Assembly (NCBI GenBank): GCA_041740355.1 | Contig: JBGSMD010000007.1 | Coordinates: 1 to 17,291 of the forward strand | From: Bdellovibrionota bacterium | GTDB lineage: Bacteria; Bdellovibrionota_C; UBA2361; CALJRW01 | DNA: 17,291 bases | Direction of reading: 5' to 3' | Position numbers and translations under genes: made by a program | Shown here: one piece after another, positions 1 to 8,678 of the stretch | How positions within the stretch are numbered: the stretch's first letter is position 1 | How the letters are laid out: each line of letters begins with the position of its first letter | The notes under the pieces: model-generated | Databases searched by the model: none | What the model saw: only the letters and a program-made list of their open reading frames with translations | Told to the model about the DNA's origin: nothing

Positions 1-139
1 GTCCAAAAAATAAATTACGTAAGTAAATTACTTTTTGGAGCTATCTATCCCCCGGAGGGATAATAAAATTATATAGTTATGACAAAAAACAAGTAACTTT
101 ATTTTAACTATACGTAATTTATTTTTTGTCATAACTATA
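1..139. repeat. Double-foldback MITE-like repeat (module A, copy 1; left end cut by window edge)
   Basis: Direct-orientation homolog of 14577-14716, roughly 80% identical by eye. Contains an imperfect hairpin at 2-39, a small TATCCC/GGGATA hairpin at 46-62, and a perfect 18-bp inverted repeat TATAGTTATGACAAAAAA (72-89) / TTTTTTGTCATAACTATA (122-139). Confidence 0.85.
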
Positions 140-177
140 ATTTTTGACTAAATCTTATTTTGCATCATACTTAACAG

Positions 178-351
178 ATGAGTCTTAAACTAAAATTGTC
201 CTCACAATTCTTATCAATCTTAGCCCTTGGAACTCTACCAAGGCTAAATTCTTGTGTTCAATATAAAGAATTTCCTGTTCAAGACAGTAGCGTCAATCGA
301 AGCAATCAAAGTTGTAGAAGCTTGGAACAAATCTTGAAGGATTCTTTATAA
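178..351 (+). CDS. Possible small lipoprotein-like peptide (57 aa) or gene remnant
   Basis: Manual translation: MSLKLKLSSQFLSILALGTLPRLNSCVQYKEFPVQDSSVNRSNQSCRSLEQILKDSL*. It has a basic N-terminus, a hydrophobic stretch and a lipobox-like LNSC, and it fills the gap convergent on pbpC. There is no clear RBS and the h-region is interrupted by Pro-Arg. Confidence 0.3.
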   Translation: MSLKLKLSSQFLSILALGTLPRLNSCVQYKEFPVQDSSVNRSNQSCRSLEQILKDSL

Positions 352-366
352 AGTCATAAGTAAGCT

Positions 367-2649
367 TTATCTTCCCATTACCACAATTGATATTTCCGTA
401 GATCTTCCCTGATCATCAATAACTCTGATTAAGTGTTTGCCTGGAATTGCTTGCCAAAAAAATGTATCTAAGACAGCGACTTTTGCCAAAAAATTATCAT
501 TGATGAACCAGGTTACATGCTTTGACTCTCCTCCTGTTGTTACAGTTAATGGTATTTCTACTCTTGTTTTTTCTAAGCGATAAATTAATTTTTCTTGAGG
601 AGATGTAATTACAGGTCGACCTTCTGTAAAAGTAGATAGGCTACAATCTTGCTCAAAGTCGGGTAAGGACTTTAACGTAATTCCAGCATTACTAAATACT
701 TCCTGAATATCTGAATCCCAAACTTCGTATACTTCTTCAACTAAGTTTGGATTATTAAAACTACAACTTGCTAATTTTGTTTTCGGATTAATCCTAAACA
801 AGCGATGAACTTGGCACGTCTTAATTGGACTAACTCCTGGTATAAACCAAGAATCACTTAAATGTTTACAGCTTAACCCAGGCAAGTCACCGGAAGTAGC
901 GCATACTTTTACTTTACGTACATTTACGTTAGCTACTTGTCGTTCAGCAATCTTTAGTTTGGAAACTAGGGCATCAAAGATCCGAAAGAAAAGCACGGCA
1001 GCGGTCTCTCTTCCTAAGAATGCAGGATTAGCTGTTCCATCAAAATTTCCAGTCCAGATGACTAGGGCATAGTTACCAAATAATCCGGCAGTCCAGGCAT
1101 CTTTAAATCCATAGCTAGTACCAGTTTTCCAAGCAACTTTAATCGCCTGTGAACTGTGCTGAGAATAATTTTGGGTTTCATTAGTTTTTAACATTTCCCT
1201 AACTAATGTTGTTGCCTCAGGAGATAATAATGGTTTTCCAGAATAGTCCTTATTCGGAATTAATTTTAAATTTTTGAAAGTTCCCGAATTAGCGAGAAGG
1301 CAATACATCCTAGAGATATCTTCGGGGCTAACTTCAACACCTCCTAGGGCTAAGGCCAGTCCATAGTGCTCCACAGATTTTAAGGATTTTACTCCAGCAA
1401 ACTTTAAAAAATCTAAGTATCGTTCCGGGCTAATACTGTTTAGTAATTTAACAGCAGGTAGATTCCTACTCCTAACTAACGCTGAGGTTGCGGAAATTGG
1501 TCCAACAAAATCGCGCTCATAATTTTCTGGATTATAAGCAGCACGTGATAAAAATGAATCTTTTAAGATTGAGCTAGGATGAATTAGCCCCTGCTCCAAA
1601 GCCAAGGCATATATAAAAGGTTTTAAAACGGAGCCAGGCGACCGACGTGCAGTAATTCCATCAACTTGTCCTTGAATTATATTGTTCCAAAAATTTGCTG
1701 AACCAACATATGCCTGCACTTCCATGCTATTACAATCTGTTAAGATTGCCGTAGCGTTAGTTACGCCTAAGGATTTATTCTTTTTTGTAAAATTTGTAAT
1801 TTGTTCTTCAATCGTTTGTTGCAAATCCAAAGATATTGTTGTCTTAATTTCAGATTGGAAAGGTAATTCGGAAGTAAGTCGTGTTACTAAATGTAAGGCC
1901 TCTTTTGGGAGATCAGAAGGCCTACCTGACAACTCAACTTTCTCAAGTTCCGATACGCTGATCGTTGATTTTGAATCACGCTTTAACAATTCACTAGCTG
2001 CCGATGTTAATCTTTCACTAAACTTTTGAGGATTACGTGCTGCCGGACTTTTCGGAATAGCAGCTAATAAGTAACTTTCTGCTAAAGTTAATTCTGCAGG
2101 TCTCTTATTTAAATAGATTCTACTGGCAGAGGCTATTCCTTCAATGTTACCTCCAAAGGGAATTAAATTTAGATAAGCCTCTAAAATTTCATCTTTAGAA
2201 TAAAGAAACTCTAACCCCAGACCCCAAAGAATTTGATTTAGTTTACCAACTGCCCGGCGACTACTTATTCCAAAGCGCATTCTTGCCAGTTGCATGCTAA
2301 TAGTAGATCCCCCTGTTCTTCTCCCATGAAAATAGGTCAGCCATGCGCCACGAATGATTCCTAGTGGATTAACTCCCAAATGGTAATAATAATATTGATC
2401 TTCCTGCAGGAGAATTGTCTTGATAAAATTTTTAGAAATCTTATCAAGAGGTACAAATAATCGATATTTATCATCGGAACTTAAAGTTAACTTTAAGAGT
2501 TGATCTTCCCTACTATAAACAGCTTGGGAAAAGCCTGCCTGATTGATCAGAATAGTAGCTGGTAAAAAATAATTTATTATCTTACTAACCACGAAAAATA
2601 TGACGAATAATCCAATAAGAAATTTGATCCGTTTATAAGTCAAAGGCAT
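367..2649 (-). CDS. pbpC: Penicillin-binding protein 1C (transglycosylase/transpeptidase)
   Basis: 760 aa with an N-terminal membrane anchor. GT51 motifs EDQYYYYHLGVNP and GGSTISMQLAR. Transpeptidase motifs SxxK (PGSVLKPF), SxN (SRNLPAV) and KTGTS. C-terminal Cys-containing/BiPBP_C-like region. Starts 2 nt after the A2M stop, matching the known A2M-pbpC pairing. Confidence 0.95.
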   Translation of the reverse strand: MPLTYKRIKFLIGLFVIFFVVSKIINYFLPATILINQAGFSQAVYSREDQLLKLTLSSDDKYRLFVPLDKISKNFIKTILLQEDQYYYYHLGVNPLGIIRGAWLTYFHGRRTGGSTISMQLARMRFGISSRRAVGKLNQILWGLGLEFLYSKDEILEAYLNLIPFGGNIEGIASASRIYLNKRPAELTLAESYLLAAIPKSPAARNPQKFSERLTSAASELLKRDSKSTISVSELEKVELSGRPSDLPKEALHLVTRLTSELPFQSEIKTTISLDLQQTIEEQITNFTKKNKSLGVTNATAILTDCNSMEVQAYVGSANFWNNIIQGQVDGITARRSPGSVLKPFIYALALEQGLIHPSSILKDSFLSRAAYNPENYERDFVGPISATSALVRSRNLPAVKLLNSISPERYLDFLKFAGVKSLKSVEHYGLALALGGVEVSPEDISRMYCLLANSGTFKNLKLIPNKDYSGKPLLSPEATTLVREMLKTNETQNYSQHSSQAIKVAWKTGTSYGFKDAWTAGLFGNYALVIWTGNFDGTANPAFLGRETAAVLFFRIFDALVSKLKIAERQVANVNVRKVKVCATSGDLPGLSCKHLSDSWFIPGVSPIKTCQVHRLFRINPKTKLASCSFNNPNLVEEVYEVWDSDIQEVFSNAGITLKSLPDFEQDCSLSTFTEGRPVITSPQEKLIYRLEKTRVEIPLTVTTGGESKHVTWFINDNFLAKVAVLDTFFWQAIPGKHLIRVIDDQGRSTEISIVVMGR

Positions 2650-2651
2650 AG

Positions 2652-5600
2652 CTATTTGCTCACAACAACATCTGTCATCGCTCCTCGTGCATATGTTTTA
2701 AGATCATACATATCCTGAACTACTGTTCCGGGAACAACAAATTGACCACTGCTGGCAACTTTAGCTTTATAGACATAGCTTTTAAGACTCTCACCCAAAC
2801 TACCAAAGAGGATAACTCGATCTTCACGAGCCTCAAAAAAAGTTGGTGACCAATCACTAAGTGTCGTTGCTACTTTAGAACCAAAAGCAAGTTGTGCTGA
2901 GCCCCCAGCCAACTCCAGACCGGCGGGTAATAAATCAACAATTGCAAACTGCGCTGTGGATTTGCCGGGAAGTGCTCGGAAGGACAAGTGAACATAAATA
3001 TCTTCTCCCTGCTTAAAGTTGAGAAGCTGCTTTCCTTGCGAATCAAGATATTCTTTATTAACTTCAACTCCAGCAGATTCACCCAACCTACTTGGATTTT
3101 TTTCAAAACCGGTAGTACTAACTTGGTAAAAATATCGTTTATCCTTCTCACCAGACAAACGAACTTCCTTCACATTTCCTGGAAGTTCTACTGATTTTAG
3201 ATTTTCACCATTTAGCTCAACAGGTTTAAAGTCAATTCCATTAACTGAATATGAAACCGAAATATTATTAAGCATCTCTGCGGCAGCGGAAGAATTCTTA
3301 ATTGCCATAATCATGGAGCTAGCTGAAAAAGTATTTTGCTCAGAATTCCTAAGTTTATCTAAAACACTTTCCCAGAACTTATCTGAAACTGACTTGGCCA
3401 TTAATGGAAAGTGCTTAGATACTAAATCCAGATAAAATCCTTGATAAGCCAAGCCTGATAGGTAAAATGGTAACTGTTGATTTTTAGTTAATTCTAATTC
3501 AATAGGTAACTTTTTAAGTAAATTATTGGCTTCCGCTTCTTGCATCTGCACTTGATAAGCTGCCGCCATAAGCAATCTAGTAAAAGCTAGCGCCCATGGT
3601 GCAGGCTTAGCAATTTCAAGATCAGACTTTAGCGCAGTTAAGTAATTGCCTACTAAATTCCCCGATCGTACTAGTACATAACTTGCATAAGCACGATGAA
3701 TTAATGCTTCATCTTTTAAATTACTACTACCTGCTAAATCTCTCAGATAATAATTTAGTTCGGAAATTAATTTTTCGGGAACTGTGTATCCTGCTTGCTT
3801 TGCTTCAATTGCTAATCGACCAACATGAATACTAGCTATGACTGCTTCGCTAGAAAACCTTGCCTGCGGCCACATTGATATTGAACCATCGTTGTTTTGT
3901 CTTGCCGCTAACAGACTAAAAGTTTTACTTAGAAACTCCTGAGCTAGAATCTTTTCCGTGTTATCATGTGCTAAGGCAAATTTAGCGATCCCTTGACTGA
4001 CTAACTGCTCGGTACAACCATACGGATAGTCTGCTAAATATTTACCGAGTCCAAGACTCCAAGCAATCGGCCCACTTGCTAAAGTTAAAGTTCGATTAAA
4101 CTCTTGTGAATAATATTCTTTACTAAAATTAATCTTCTCTTCCCCCGTTCCAACAGATTTAATTCCTAAGTCTAATGTTGTTAATTGAGTACTTGCCGGA
4201 CGCACTGCTAAGCTTAAGGTATATTCAGCCTTGGAAGTAGCAGATATCACCGAAAAGTTTAGATCGGCAGAACCTAAAAATTGCTCAGCTTGTAATTCAA
4301 ATTCAACTAGCTGTTCCGTTCCTGCAGCCAGAGAGAGTTCTTTAGTGAGCTCCGAAATACCTGATAATCTTTGATCTAGGGTCAAGCTAACTTTTACCTT
4401 AGCTTCAATATCTTTAGTATTAGCAACGGTGGTACTTACTAAAAATTTATCTCCCGGAGAAACGGCTAAAGGCGCAGTAGGCTGTAATACAAGATCGTTC
4501 TGTACTAAGGTGTCAGCATTAGCTATCCCAATCTTATTATTATTAACTGCAACGGCATAAATTTTTAAATTTCCGTTAAAATGGTTCGGTACATTAAATT
4601 CAAAATTTTGTTCACCAGAAATATCTTTAACCCCTGACCAAAAGACCACAGGCGGAATTGATTTTCGTTTAAAGGGATTCTTAAATTTCCCTAGTAAACT
4701 GTCTCCATCACCACCAGTAGCTGAAGCCTTTTCTGAAATTTCAAATTCAGGCAACAAAAGATCGACAATCTGTTCAGTTGTCACCTCGAGCGCTTTTTTC
4801 TGATAAAAGTGTGTAAGCGGATCAGGTTGTTTGTATCTAGCAACCTGATGAATTCCTTCATCGACAGCGAAGACTACTGCCTGAACAGGATCATTAGTTG
4901 TTAAAGTAATCTGAAGATTTTCTCCTGACTGAATTTTCTCACTGGCTGTTAATTTTAAGTCGGCCGTATGTTTTTCACGACTAACGCTAAAGGGCACAAC
5001 TCCATAGCTTAAAGGACTCATGAAAATTTCTTCTGAGTCGAGTGCTCTTAAAAAGACAACATTGACATAAGCATTGCCTTCTAAATTTTCAGGTATAACA
5101 ATCTTTTGTATACTACTAGTAGTAGTAGTCTTAAACCACTTTGAGCTATATACTTTATCACGTTCAATCGTAATTAAGCCTGTCCCTGTATAGGGAGATT
5201 GGATGCTAATCTCAATTTCTTCCAAATTATTATAATCTTTTTTAGAAAGATCAATTTTTAATTCTGCATTCTGTTCTAATTCCCTAGAAACATTACCTTC
5301 ACCTCGAACAAAATATTTAATCTTAGTAAGAGTTAGTCCCTGATCATTTAAAATCAAATATTCATATTCTCCAGGCTCTTTTGTATCTAAACTCAACTCA
5401 TTTTCCATCTCAGTTAAATTAAGTTCTTGCTTGGAAAGTGGAATTTCCTTTTTAACGGCAGTGTAAGCAAGACTTCCATTAGGCTGCTTAGCAAGAACCG
5501 AAACGTACTCCGTACGAAAATGCTGAATCTTCAGATTAGCGACTGCTATCTTTTCTAGATTTTGACTTAGCGCTATCACCTTGACTGTCGCTTTGCCATT

Positions 5601-8408
5601 ATGCTTAACAAAATTTAGATCCGTAGTCGCTTTCCAACCAACTAAATAATCAAGTGGTGAGATAATTGTCCCTAAGGTAGTTCCAACTGAGCGACCTCCC
5701 TCTTTTTCGAAACCTTCCAAGGCAACCCGCAGGAAGAAGTTGCCTTTCTCATATTTTTGAAGTTGTAAATCAAATTGGCTATTCCCTTCAGAATCCGTAA
5801 TCAGCTCACCCAGCTCTTGATTAAAAGACTTTTTTGTCTCCAGCGGATCAGAAAAGATAAATCCTGGATAATTAGAAAAATCAGGTAGTCCTGGATAAAG
5901 AGCAATACTAGCTTTAACTTTATTGCCAACAGCTGGTGTTCCAAAAAGATTAATCAGATTTACTTTTGATTTTAAATCATTTGGCTTTACCCACCCAGGC
6001 ATTTGTGGTTGATCAAATTCAGCTTTAATCTTTAAGCGATCAGGAAGAAATTCATCTACCTTAAATGTACTTGTCCCAAGAACTGTTCTAGTTTTCTTTT
6101 GATCATCAATTAATGTTAAATTCAGCTCATAGAAACCAAGAGTTGCTTCGGAGGAAATCTGATAGCGATAGCTTTGAAATTCTTGTTCAGCAAAATTTAT
6201 TTTTTTTAAATGGACTTGTCGACCAGCAGGATCGCTAATCGATAACTCTAGTGGTAATGAAATTAGCGGTGTCCAATCTTGATTCTTAACGATTAAGCCA
6301 AAGTCAACAGTTTCTCCAGGACGATAGATACCACGATCATTAAAAGCATAAGCCGTTAAAGACTTAGCCAAATCGTTAGTGTAAAGACCTCCAATTTCAA
6401 ATCTGGAGAAATTTAATCGCCGATCATTACGACTCCAAGGAATAAAACTCAAATCATCTCCTACTTGAGCAATTATTGCGGTTGGTGTTTTGTCGTATTG
6501 TAATTCATTTAATAATGGTAAATTAACCCTTCCTTCAGAATCTGATTTGCCTTCAAAAACCGCAACTCCATTTTTTCCAAGAACACTGACTTTAGCATCA
6601 GCTACGCCGGTTTGATTACTAAACGACATTAGATAGACCGATCGGGTTTTTGCCTGATCCGTTTTAACAAGAATCCCCAAATCAGTTATTAAGATCAAGC
6701 GCCGATCAAAGCCACCTTCTAAACTTTGAGTTTCGGGATCATATCCCTGTGCAGTTAGATAATACAATCCTCGATAACCCTTAGGAGAATTAACAAAATT
6801 ACTAAAATCAAAATTAGTATACTGTGGCAGGCCGGGTTTAGCTGGCGAGAATTGATTTATCTCAGTAAATACTTCCGCAATATTCTCAGGTCCAAAATTA
6901 TAATTTTCAAATTCAGGTAACGCAAAATTTCCATCAGCGGAAGTTTGTGACAATAAATGGTTAATTGCCTCTGGGAAAATTTGATGGATAGTAAATTTAA
7001 CAGCTTTTTGATTTCTTCCTAAAATTGATAATTTCTTAGAACCATTTACTGCTAACAATGCTCCTTGATGTAATATCTCCACTTCTTGTTGAAACCCATT
7101 CGTCTCTAGCGAATAAAATTTATCCTGACTCAAAGCAAATCCAGAAAATGACGGTGTTCCTCCAGCAATCTTTACAAACAAACATTTCCCGGGTTCTGCT
7201 TCAAACTTAAATGAATGTAGCAAAGGATTCTGTTGATCGGAAAAATCCTCTACAGCTACTTTTTGAGATCGAGCAATTACATCACCAGGAATTTCTGCCG
7301 GAGATTCCCAACATTCAGGGCCTGAATAAGCATCTTCACTTGCGGGTTTTGGATCTACAAAGGCAACTGTTAAACCTGTTAATAAATCTTTGGATTTGGC
7401 GGCAGCACTTGTTGAAATAATTAAAAATCTCTCAGCTAAATGATTAACTGGATTTGAAATAATTTGTTGTTCTACATTCAGGATTTTAAAATAATTATCC
7501 ACACCAGGAATGTTAACATTGGCTTGATATTCTTGCTCCGTTGCCGCACCCGCGTTTGAACTGTGCACTCCTTGTTTAACGACAATCCTTAGGTCTGAGT
7601 CTCTTCTTGGAATGGTAAGTGACTCAGAACGAACATATGCTTCATTTCCTCTTTCATTATAAAGCACTTTAAAATTCAATGACTTCTTAAATTCTTTGTC
7701 ATTTTTTTCTTTAATTTGTAAATGCAGATGTTTTTCAAAGCTTGACTTGTCAAGTTGGTGCGAAAATTTAAATGTGGCAATTGCTTGCTTTAAATTTGGA
7801 TCAATTGGATCTTCGTAAAATTTAGGATCTACAGAAGCACCTGTAATCTTTGGTGTCGTAAAAGTAAAATGATAGTCTTTTAAGAGTATGTTTTTACTTA
7901 ATAATCCTGGCTTTAGTTTAACTGTATATGTTTGTCCTGTTTTCCAATCACTACTTGGTTCAAGTACTAAATTTCGATCGCTTTTCCAAAACCACTTTCC
8001 AGATATCTGTGGAGTAGAAGAAATTTGTTTATTTATATCTTTCCCTACCAAATCAATTTTAGCAGCCGAGCCATCAAAAATCACAGAGAGGGGATTAGGA
8101 AGCGAGCCAACTTCTAAACTTGTGTGGCGAATATCTAGTACCTGCAGATTAGTATATTCAGGCTCAGGCAAACTTAGATACCAATTAAGGCCAGAGACAG
8201 TTATAAAAATTAGTAATAATAATGAAAACTTTATTAAATAAAATTTTTGTTTTGATCTTTGATATAAGGCTTGATCGTAAGAAATAAAATTACGAAAAGG
8301 TATCAATAAAAAGCTTAACCAAACGGGGGGATGCCAAGAAATTTTCCCAAAAACAAAAGTAATAATTTGAGAAATAAGTTTATCAATAAAACTTAGAAAA
8401 TTAGACAT
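2652..8408 (-). CDS. yfhM: Bacterial alpha-2-macroglobulin family protein
   Basis: About 1918 aa. Motifs DRGIYRPGETV (MG2 domain), AVDEGI, thioester YPYGCTEQ (CTEQ at 4005-4016) and C-terminal VDLLPAGLE...EAREDRV...GQFVVPG. The ORF track starts at TTG 8423; ATG 8408, preceded by TGGGGC, is the more likely start. Confidence 0.95.
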   Translation of the reverse strand: MSNFLSFIDKLISQIITFVFGKISWHPPVWLSFLLIPFRNFISYDQALYQRSKQKFYLIKFSLLLLIFITVSGLNWYLSLPEPEYTNLQVLDIRHTSLEVGSLPNPLSVIFDGSAAKIDLVGKDINKQISSTPQISGKWFWKSDRNLVLEPSSDWKTGQTYTVKLKPGLLSKNILLKDYHFTFTTPKITGASVDPKFYEDPIDPNLKQAIATFKFSHQLDKSSFEKHLHLQIKEKNDKEFKKSLNFKVLYNERGNEAYVRSESLTIPRRDSDLRIVVKQGVHSSNAGAATEQEYQANVNIPGVDNYFKILNVEQQIISNPVNHLAERFLIISTSAAAKSKDLLTGLTVAFVDPKPASEDAYSGPECWESPAEIPGDVIARSQKVAVEDFSDQQNPLLHSFKFEAEPGKCLFVKIAGGTPSFSGFALSQDKFYSLETNGFQQEVEILHQGALLAVNGSKKLSILGRNQKAVKFTIHQIFPEAINHLLSQTSADGNFALPEFENYNFGPENIAEVFTEINQFSPAKPGLPQYTNFDFSNFVNSPKGYRGLYYLTAQGYDPETQSLEGGFDRRLILITDLGILVKTDQAKTRSVYLMSFSNQTGVADAKVSVLGKNGVAVFEGKSDSEGRVNLPLLNELQYDKTPTAIIAQVGDDLSFIPWSRNDRRLNFSRFEIGGLYTNDLAKSLTAYAFNDRGIYRPGETVDFGLIVKNQDWTPLISLPLELSISDPAGRQVHLKKINFAEQEFQSYRYQISSEATLGFYELNLTLIDDQKKTRTVLGTSTFKVDEFLPDRLKIKAEFDQPQMPGWVKPNDLKSKVNLINLFGTPAVGNKVKASIALYPGLPDFSNYPGFIFSDPLETKKSFNQELGELITDSEGNSQFDLQLQKYEKGNFFLRVALEGFEKEGGRSVGTTLGTIISPLDYLVGWKATTDLNFVKHNGKATVKVIALSQNLEKIAVANLKIQHFRTEYVSVLAKQPNGSLAYTAVKKEIPLSKQELNLTEMENELSLDTKEPGEYEYLILNDQGLTLTKIKYFVRGEGNVSRELEQNAELKIDLSKKDYNNLEEIEISIQSPYTGTGLITIERDKVYSSKWFKTTTTSSIQKIVIPENLEGNAYVNVVFLRALDSEEIFMSPLSYGVVPFSVSREKHTADLKLTASEKIQSGENLQITLTTNDPVQAVVFAVDEGIHQVARYKQPDPLTHFYQKKALEVTTEQIVDLLLPEFEISEKASATGGDGDSLLGKFKNPFKRKSIPPVVFWSGVKDISGEQNFEFNVPNHFNGNLKIYAVAVNNNKIGIANADTLVQNDLVLQPTAPLAVSPGDKFLVSTTVANTKDIEAKVKVSLTLDQRLSGISELTKELSLAAGTEQLVEFELQAEQFLGSADLNFSVISATSKAEYTLSLAVRPASTQLTTLDLGIKSVGTGEEKINFSKEYYSQEFNRTLTLASGPIAWSLGLGKYLADYPYGCTEQLVSQGIAKFALAHDNTEKILAQEFLSKTFSLLAARQNNDGSISMWPQARFSSEAVIASIHVGRLAIEAKQAGYTVPEKLISELNYYLRDLAGSSNLKDEALIHRAYASYVLVRSGNLVGNYLTALKSDLEIAKPAPWALAFTRLLMAAAYQVQMQEAEANNLLKKLPIELELTKNQQLPFYLSGLAYQGFYLDLVSKHFPLMAKSVSDKFWESVLDKLRNSEQNTFSASSMIMAIKNSSAAAEMLNNISVSYSVNGIDFKPVELNGENLKSVELPGNVKEVRLSGEKDKRYFYQVSTTGFEKNPSRLGESAGVEVNKEYLDSQGKQLLNFKQGEDIYVHLSFRALPGKSTAQFAIVDLLPAGLELAGGSAQLAFGSKVATTLSDWSPTFFEAREDRVILFGSLGESLKSYVYKAKVASSGQFVVPGTVVQDMYDLKTYARGAMTDVVVSK

Positions 8409-8678
8409 TGAGTAGCCCCACAAAAAATGAATTCAGCTGAAGATCGTATCTTAAAAACTTGCTAGTTACAATTAAATCTTATATTCTAAAATAAATTATT
8501 TATCTCTCCTACTTAGTGTTAATTGTTCAGATTTACCTAGGATCAATTCTAAATTTAATTGCGACTCAAACTTTGCCAACTGTGCATGAATCAATTAAAC
8601 TAAGATACATTTCCGTCATTCTTTTACCAATTCAGCCAGTTTAAAAGCATGACTTAATCAAATATTAATCTTCCAAAT

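Noticed and set aside
1682-2029. 115-aa + strand ORF
   Set aside because: Antisense shadow entirely within pbpC; no recognisable motifs.
2870-3194. 93-aa (-) and 68-aa (+) ORFs
   Set aside because: Alternative-frame and antisense ORFs inside the A2M gene.
7211-8241. 69-aa and 117-aa + strand ORFs
   Set aside because: Antisense to A2M; no independent coding evidence.
8470-8640. Protein-like minus-strand frame with internal stops (LAELVKE*RKCILV*LIHAQLAKFESQLNLELILGKSEQ...) in the divergent intergenic region
   Set aside because: No recognisable homology or start signal; cannot be distinguished from chance without a search.
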